This document shows positions 58,675 to 64,000 of a stretch of 64,000 nucleotides of DNA, one piece after another. The notes beneath the pieces were generated by a model. It saw nothing but the letters and a program-made list of their open reading frames with translations. It did no database searches and was not told the DNA's origin. Within the stretch, counting starts at the first letter, position 1; each line of letters starts with the position of its first letter. The position numbers and the translations under genes were made by a program. Origin of the DNA: Spirosoma sp. (GTDB lineage Bacteria; Bacteroidota; Bacteroidia; Cytophagales; Spirosomataceae); the NCBI GenBank assembly GCA_014377625.1, contig JACMPG010000012.1, positions 191-64,190 of the forward strand, given 5' to 3'.

Positions 58675-60414
58675 ATGGAAACGACCACACTACCTGAGTT
58701 AGAAATTGCGCCTGTCGATATGAAATTTATGTCTGGCGCGCAGGCTCTGATGAACGCGCTGGTAGCCGAAGGCGTCGATACCATTTTCGGCTATCCGGGT
58801 GGGGCCATTATGCCAGTATACGACGCACTCTACGATTTTCAGGATCGTATCAACCACATTCTGGTGCGGCACGAGCAGGGAGCCGGTCATGCCGCGCAGG
58901 GTTACGCCCGCATGCAGCACCGCGCGGGCGTGTGTCTCGTTACGTCGGGTCCCGGTGCTACCAACCTCGTCACGCCCATTGCCGACGCACTTATCGACTC
59001 CACGCCGTTAGTCTGCATTGTGGGTCAGGTGGGTAAAAAACTACTCGGTACCGATGCCTTTCAGGAGGCCGACGTTATGGGTGTGACCATGCCTATAACT
59101 AAATGGAATTACCAGATTACCGATGCCGACGAAGTGCCGGAAATTATGGCCAAAGCCTTTTATATCGCACAGTCGGGGCGTCCGGGTCCGGTGCTGATCG
59201 ATATTACTAAATCGGCGCAACTGGAGCTGATGACCAAACCGTACCGCTACGAGAAGTGCCGGACAATGGTCAGTTATCGCCCGCGTATTATGCCCAAGCA
59301 GGAACAGGTCGAAGCAGCCGCCAAACTCATCAACAAGGCCAAACGACCCTATATTCTGGCCGGACACGGCATAAAAATAGCCCGTGCCGAAGCTGAACTG
59401 ATTGCCCTCGCCGAAAAAGCGGGTATTCCCGTTGCCACAACACTACTCGGCCAGTCAACCATCTCCACCGAACACCCGCTGTATGTCGGCTGGCTCGGTA
59501 TGCACGGCAACTACGGCACCAACGTCCTAACCGACGAAGCCGACGTAATTATTGCCATCGGAATGCGCTTCGACGACCGCGTTACGGGCGATGTCAGCAA
59601 ATACATCAAACAGGCGAAGGTTATTCATATTGAAATCGACCCCGCCGAAATCGACAAGATCATTAAAGCCGACGCGCCCGTGGTGGGCGATGCCAAAGCG
59701 GCCCTGACCGCGCTGCTGCCGCTCATTCACCAGAATGACCACACGGTCTGGCGCAACGAGTTCAGGAAATACGACATCATTGAGCATCAGGAAATTACGG
59801 TACCGAGCCTGTCGGGCGAGAGCGAGAAGATGCAGATGGGCGAAGTTATCGACATGCTTTCCCGCAAAACCAATGGCGAAGCCGTACTCGTCACCGACGT
59901 GGGGCAGCATCAGATGATGGCGTCGCGGTACTACCAGTTCCGCAGGCCCAATAGTCTCGTTACGTCGGGCGGTATGGGTACGATGGGCTTTGCCTTGCCA
60001 GCCGCTTTCGGCGCGCAGGTGGGTGCCCCCGACCGCCAGGTGGTAGCCATCATTGGCGATGGTTGTTTCCAGATGACCTTACAGGAACTGGGTACCATCG
60101 TGCAGAACAAGCAGCCCGTGAAAGCCATCATCCTGAACAATAACTTCCTGGGTATGGTCCGGCAATGGCAGCAGCTTTTCCACGCACGACGCTACTCATT
60201 CGTAGAACTTCAAAATCCCGATTTCGTAACCATTGCACGTGGCTTTGGCATGGACGGACACACCTGCGCTGGCCGCGAAACACTCTCGGATTCGCTCGAC
60301 AAAATGCTGGCGCACAACGGGCCGTATCTGCTGGAAGTAATTGTGGAGAAAGAAGAAAACGTATTCCCAATGGTACCGTCGGGGGCCAGCGTATCACAAA
60401 TTCGATTAAAGTAA
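58675..60414 (+). CDS. ilvB: Acetolactate synthase large subunit
   Basis: FGYPGGA, RHEQGA, TSGPGATN, GMHG, GDG.FQM, GMVRQWQ. Confidence 0.97.
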   Translation: METTTLPELEIAPVDMKFMSGAQALMNALVAEGVDTIFGYPGGAIMPVYDALYDFQDRINHILVRHEQGAGHAAQGYARMQHRAGVCLVTSGPGATNLVTPIADALIDSTPLVCIVGQVGKKLLGTDAFQEADVMGVTMPITKWNYQITDADEVPEIMAKAFYIAQSGRPGPVLIDITKSAQLELMTKPYRYEKCRTMVSYRPRIMPKQEQVEAAAKLINKAKRPYILAGHGIKIARAEAELIALAEKAGIPVATTLLGQSTISTEHPLYVGWLGMHGNYGTNVLTDEADVIIAIGMRFDDRVTGDVSKYIKQAKVIHIEIDPAEIDKIIKADAPVVGDAKAALTALLPLIHQNDHTVWRNEFRKYDIIEHQEITVPSLSGESEKMQMGEVIDMLSRKTNGEAVLVTDVGQHQMMASRYYQFRRPNSLVTSGGMGTMGFALPAAFGAQVGAPDRQVVAIIGDGCFQMTLQELGTIVQNKQPVKAIILNNNFLGMVRQWQQLFHARRYSFVELQNPDFVTIARGFGMDGHTCAGRETLSDSLDKMLAHNGPYLLEVIVEKEENVFPMVPSGASVSQIRLK

Positions 60415-60431
60415 ATTGTTTGTCCGTTGTT

Positions 60432-60499
60432 TGTCATCCGACGAAGGAGGGAACTTACGGATTGCCAGTATACGAGATTCCTCCTTCGTCGGAATGACA
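60432..60499. repeat. Solo TGTC-type palindrome
   Basis: TGTCATCCGACGAAGGAGG...CTCCTTCGTCGGAATGACA. Confidence 0.85.
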
Positions 60500-60504
60500 A
60501 AAAA

Positions 60505-61041
60505 ATGACCAACTACACCATCTGCGTTTTTACGTCGAACTCGATTGGGCTGCTCAACCGCATCACCATCATTTTCACGCGCCGACGCATCAATATCGAA
60601 AGCCTGACCGTATCGGAAACCGAACGTAAAGGCGTATCGCGGTTCACGATTGTCATCAAACACGATTCGCGCGAAGAGGTCGAGAAGCTTGTCCGGCAGA
60701 TTCGCAAGATTGTGGAGGTACTGGCTGTGTTTGGGTATCTGAACGACGAGATTGTTTACAACGAAATCGCATTGTATAAACTTTCAACGCCCCTCGGCAG
60801 CAAAACGCTCGATGTAGAGACCATCAACAAAAAACACAAAGCCTGGGTCGTGTATTGGGGTTTAGATTACGTTGTGGTCGAGAAAACGGGTAACGAAACC
60901 GAGATTTTTGACTTTCTGGCGTACCTGCGCCAACAGCACGAAATTCTGGAATTTGTCCGGTCGGGCCGTATAGCCGTCGGTAAAACCGAGCAGGGTTTGG
61001 TCGAGTACCTTCCCGAAGCAGACTGGGAATACACGTTGTAA
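60505..61041 (+). CDS. ilvN: Acetolactate synthase small subunit
   Basis: ACT domain GLLNRI..IF.RRRINIESL; EFVRSGRIA. Confidence 0.93.
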   Translation: MTNYTICVFTSNSIGLLNRITIIFTRRRINIESLTVSETERKGVSRFTIVIKHDSREEVEKLVRQIRKIVEVLAVFGYLNDEIVYNEIALYKLSTPLGSKTLDVETINKKHKAWVVYWGLDYVVVEKTGNETEIFDFLAYLRQQHEILEFVRSGRIAVGKTEQGLVEYLPEADWEYTL

Positions 61042-61052
61042 TCTTTTTTGTC

Positions 61053-61176
61053 TGTTATCCCGCTTTTTGTCATCCCAACGAAGGAAGGATCGTGCGTCTT
61101 GATAACCAGATGATTGGCTGAACTCGTGATCCCTCCTTCGTCGGGATAACAAAAGACGGAATGGCAAAAAAAGCAG
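61053..61176. repeat. Left TGTC-type palindrome flanking GIY-YIG gene
   Basis: TGTCATCCCAACGAAGGAAGGATC-loop-GATCCCTCCTTCGTCGGGATAACA; direct repeat of 61525-61663. Confidence 0.9.
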
Positions 61177-61212
61177 GATGATGAACCGGTCGGATTACAA
61201 ATAGAAAGAAAC

Positions 61213-61515
61213 ATGCACCAATACTCCTTCTACGTGTACATAACCACCAATCCTGAAAAAACAGTATTGTACACAGGCATGACCAACGATCTGGTTCGGC
61301 GGATGGATGAGCATTATGAATCTCGGGGAAATATCGAAAAATTTGCCGGACGTTATTTTTGCCATACCCTAATTTATTGGGAGTTTCACCAATATGTCCG
61401 CAACGCTATTGACCGCGAAAAAGAAATAAAAGGCTGGCGACGCGAGAAGAAGGTTGCGCTGATTGAATCATTTAATCCAGAATGGAAGCCGCTAAATGGC
61501 GAAATTCAACCATAA
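61213..61515 (+). CDS. Small GIY-YIG nuclease (YhbQ/UPF0213-like)
   Basis: YVYI...LYTGMTNDL.RR..EH, AI.REKEIKGWRR.KK..LI...NPEW. Confidence 0.92.
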   Translation: MHQYSFYVYITTNPEKTVLYTGMTNDLVRRMDEHYESRGNIEKFAGRYFCHTLIYWEFHQYVRNAIDREKEIKGWRREKKVALIESFNPEWKPLNGEIQP

Positions 61516-61524
61516 TGCTGCTTT

Positions 61525-61663
61525 TGTCATCCCGCTTTTTGTCATCCCGACGAAGGAGGGATCATGCGTCTTGATAACCTGATCACTGGCTGAACTCGTG
61601 ATCCCTCCTTCGTCGGGATGACAAAAAAAGGGATGATAAAAGACGGAATGGCAAGAAAAGCAG
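61525..61663. repeat. Right TGTC-type palindrome flanking GIY-YIG gene
   Basis: 24-bp perfect IR 61540-61563/61600-61623 with nested outer IRs out to 61513/61670. Confidence 0.9.
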
Positions 61664-61705
61664 AGCATTAAATTACCCGAATTTTTATCACCAAATACAA
61701 ACCAA

Positions 61706-62749
61706 ATGGCACAAATTGACTTCGGCGGAACCGTCGAGAACGTAGTAACCCGCGACGAGTTTCCGCTCGAAAAAGCCCTTGAAACCCTCTCAACCGAGAC
61801 CATCGCCGTTATTGGCTATGGTGTACAAGGCCCCGGCCAGTCGCTCAATATGCGCGACAATGGCTTCAACGTCATTGTTGGGCAGCGCAAAGGCAAAACC
61901 TACGACAAAGCCGTTGCCGACGGCTGGGTGCCGGGCGAAACCCTTTTTGAAATTGAGGAAGCCCTCGAACGCGGTACCATCATCTGCTTCCTGCTGTCTG
62001 ATGCCGCCCAGATTGAACTCTGGCCAACGGTAAAAGCCGCCCTGAAACCCGGCAAATCATTGTATTTCTCACACGGCTTCGGCGTAACGTACAAAGAGAA
62101 AACCGGCATCATACCCCCCGCCGACGTTGACGTATTTCTGGTGGCTCCCAAAGGGTCGGGTACGTCGCTGCGCCGGATGTTTGTAGAAGGCAAAGGGCTG
62201 AATTCTAGCTTCGCCATCTATCAGGATGCCAGCGGTCACGCCCGCGAGAAGTGCATCGCCATGGGCATTGGCGTAGGGTCGGGCTATTTGTTCGAAACTA
62301 ATTTCTACAAAGAAGTTACCTCCGACCTGACCGGCGAACGTGGTACGCTGATGGGGGCCATTCAGGGCATTTTTGCCGCTCAGTACGACGTGTTACGCGC
62401 CAATGGCCACAGCCCGTCGGAAGCGTTTAACGAGACCGTCGAAGAACTGACGCAGTCGCTGATGCCGCTCGTGGCCGAAAACGGTATGGACTGGATGTAC
62501 GCCAACTGTTCCACCACCGCCCAGCGTGGTGCCCTCGACTGGTGGAAACCCTTCCGCGACGCGACAAAGCCCGTTTTTGAGCAGCTCTACAACTCCGTAA
62601 AAAGCCAGGAACAGGCCGAAATCAGCATCACCCGCAACTCGCAGCCCGACTACCGCGAAAAACTCGAAGTAGAACTCGCCGAGCTCCGCGATTCTGAGAT
62701 GTGGCAGGCCGGTGCCGCCGTGCGTAACCTCCGCCCGGAGCGTAGCTGA
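61706..62749 (+). CDS. ilvC: Ketol-acid reductoisomerase
   Basis: IGYGVQG, FSHGF, VAPKG, SDLTGERG.LMG, CSTTAQRG. Confidence 0.96.
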   Translation: MAQIDFGGTVENVVTRDEFPLEKALETLSTETIAVIGYGVQGPGQSLNMRDNGFNVIVGQRKGKTYDKAVADGWVPGETLFEIEEALERGTIICFLLSDAAQIELWPTVKAALKPGKSLYFSHGFGVTYKEKTGIIPPADVDVFLVAPKGSGTSLRRMFVEGKGLNSSFAIYQDASGHAREKCIAMGIGVGSGYLFETNFYKEVTSDLTGERGTLMGAIQGIFAAQYDVLRANGHSPSEAFNETVEELTQSLMPLVAENGMDWMYANCSTTAQRGALDWWKPFRDATKPVFEQLYNSVKSQEQAEISITRNSQPDYREKLEVELAELRDSEMWQAGAAVRNLRPERS

Positions 62750-62773
62750 GCTAAACCCGCTCAATAGCCTTAC

Positions 62774-62818
62774 CTATCGGGTAGCAAGCAACCGTCAGGC
62801 CAGCTCGTTACCCGATAG
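62774..62818. repeat. Imperfect palindrome after ilvC
   Basis: ctatcgggtagcaagc/gctcgttacccgatag (2 mismatches). Confidence 0.55.
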
Positions 62819-63055
62819 CTTCTTTATACGCATCTGACCACCAAGTAGTTCGGTCAGGTAAAAAGTCTGCTGGACAGATTGGTTATTTAGCCGAAAGTAG
62901 TTTTATTGCATTAGCTAATCAGGCCGACACTACTCCCGTTTGAGGGTAACGCAACTACCGACACAGTGGGAATTGACGAAACTTTGCCAAAAAAAACGAG
63001 GAGTTTCGTAAGCACAGATGTTACCAGCCAGCATAAACAACCAAATTTGAATAAA

Positions 63056-64000
63056 ATGACTTTACCCAATGAAATTCAAGAAGCAATAAGAAACAATAGT
63101 CTTGTGATTTTTGCTGGTTCTGGTTTATCCACAAAGTTTAAATTACCAACTTGGAAGAAATTAGTGGAAGATATAATATCAAAAACTGATGATAAAAAAT
63201 TTAATGACCTACTCCCACTTTTAAGAAGTGGATTATTGACTCCAATTGGCGCTTTAGACTTTATGGAAAGTGATGAACATAAAAAAATTAAGCACTACAT
63301 ACAGGATAATTTTAAAATAGAAGCGAACCAAGATATTTCATTACATAAAAAAATCTTAGAATTAACAGGTGCAATAATTACAACTAACTACGATAATGCT
63401 TTTGAAGAGGCTTGTTCAAGCTCAATTATTCCTACAATATATACTTCAAATTTTAATATTGGTGAAATTAACAAACCCGGAAAACCATATATTTTTAAGC
63501 TACACGGTAGTTATACAGAACCTGATAATTGTATAATTTTCAGCAGTAACTACAAAAAATTGTATGACGGTGAAACTGCATCCATACTTAAGCTGAAATC
63601 AATCTTTATTGATAAAACAATTCTTTTCATAGGTTTTAGTTTCAACGACCCTGATATAAATTTAATTTTTTCTAGTCTTGATTCACTTTTTGAAAATCAC
63701 AATCGTCACTATATTTTAACAAAACAAGCAAAAGATTTTGAAAAATATAAATTTCTCAAGCCCTTGCCTATACAAGAATATGACACTGACTTAGATTTGT
63801 TTTTTGAAAATTGTATCGATTTTAAAAATTCTTTGAGTAAATCTATCGAAAAAAATGACATAAACCCAAAGAATGATATTTATACACCTCGAATAGCCTT
63901 TTTGAAACCGGAACCTTTAAATCTAAAAATGGATTCAGATATATATTCAATAGAGAGCTGTTTTAATGATTTGGACATAAATCTTTTTACTGGTTATTTA
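63056..64000 (+). CDS. SIR2-like domain protein (partial, runs off right edge), probable anti-phage NADase
   Basis: Not in ORF track. Hand translation open for 315 codons: LVIFAGSGLS..LPTW, IITTNYD, FKLHGS, ILFIGFSFNDPD; strongly AT-rich. Confidence 0.88.
   Translation, partial: MTLPNEIQEAIRNNSLVIFAGSGLSTKFKLPTWKKLVEDIISKTDDKKFNDLLPLLRSGLLTPIGALDFMESDEHKKIKHYIQDNFKIEANQDISLHKKILELTGAIITTNYDNAFEEACSSSIIPTIYTSNFNIGEINKPGKPYIFKLHGSYTEPDNCIIFSSNYKKLYDGETASILKLKSIFIDKTILFIGFSFNDPDINLIFSSLDSLFENHNRHYILTKQAKDFEKYKFLKPLPIQEYDTDLDLFFENCIDFKNSLSKSIEKNDINPKNDIYTPRIAFLKPEPLNLKMDSDIYSIESCFNDLDINLFTGYL

Noticed and set aside
60432-61663. CRISPR array
   Set aside because: Only three long palindromes, separated by genes rather than spacers; no cas genes
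60427-61803. ORFs 60862-61167, 60867-61214, 61492-61803 and the ilvN N-terminal extension with repeated peptides
   Set aside because: They are translations of the TGTC palindromes
1-64000. tRNA/rRNA genes, IS transposases, integrases
   Set aside because: None recognised by eye; a tRNAscan/Infernal run would be needed to exclude small RNAs

Overview
64 kb of a Bacteroidota chromosome. Gene content, TAnnTTTG promoters and repeat style suggest Cytophagales (Spirosoma/Fibrella-like; inference). The backbone is housekeeping genes: xdhC-mocA-ruvX-def, prfA, mnmH, pdxJ, rlmN, pit, tatC, glyA, dsbD-like, sdhCAB, fabD, mreBCD, dxr-rseP, lon, murQ and ilvD-ilvB-ilvN-ilvC. I found no rRNA, tRNA, CRISPR array or transposase. 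Intergenic spaces carry at least four families of palindromic REP-like elements and many small accessory genes, several of them decayed (two Uma2 genes with one in-frame TAG each, a deleted DUF5615 toxin, a frameshifted paralog). The best candidate for an undescribed system is a small GIY-YIG nuclease gene between ilvN and ilvC, bracketed by two directly repeated ~125-140 bp TGTC-palindromes, with a solo copy of the same palindrome one gene upstream. Other leads: GC-rich micro-motifs in intergenic repeats that also appear as apparent in-frame insertions in enzymes, a REP arm that seems to encode a signal peptide, an unannotated 25-aa membrane peptide before rseP, an AGE epimerase lacking its catalytic residues, and an AT-rich SIR2-domain gene running off the right end. 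All family assignments are from motif recognition by eye; no database search was run.
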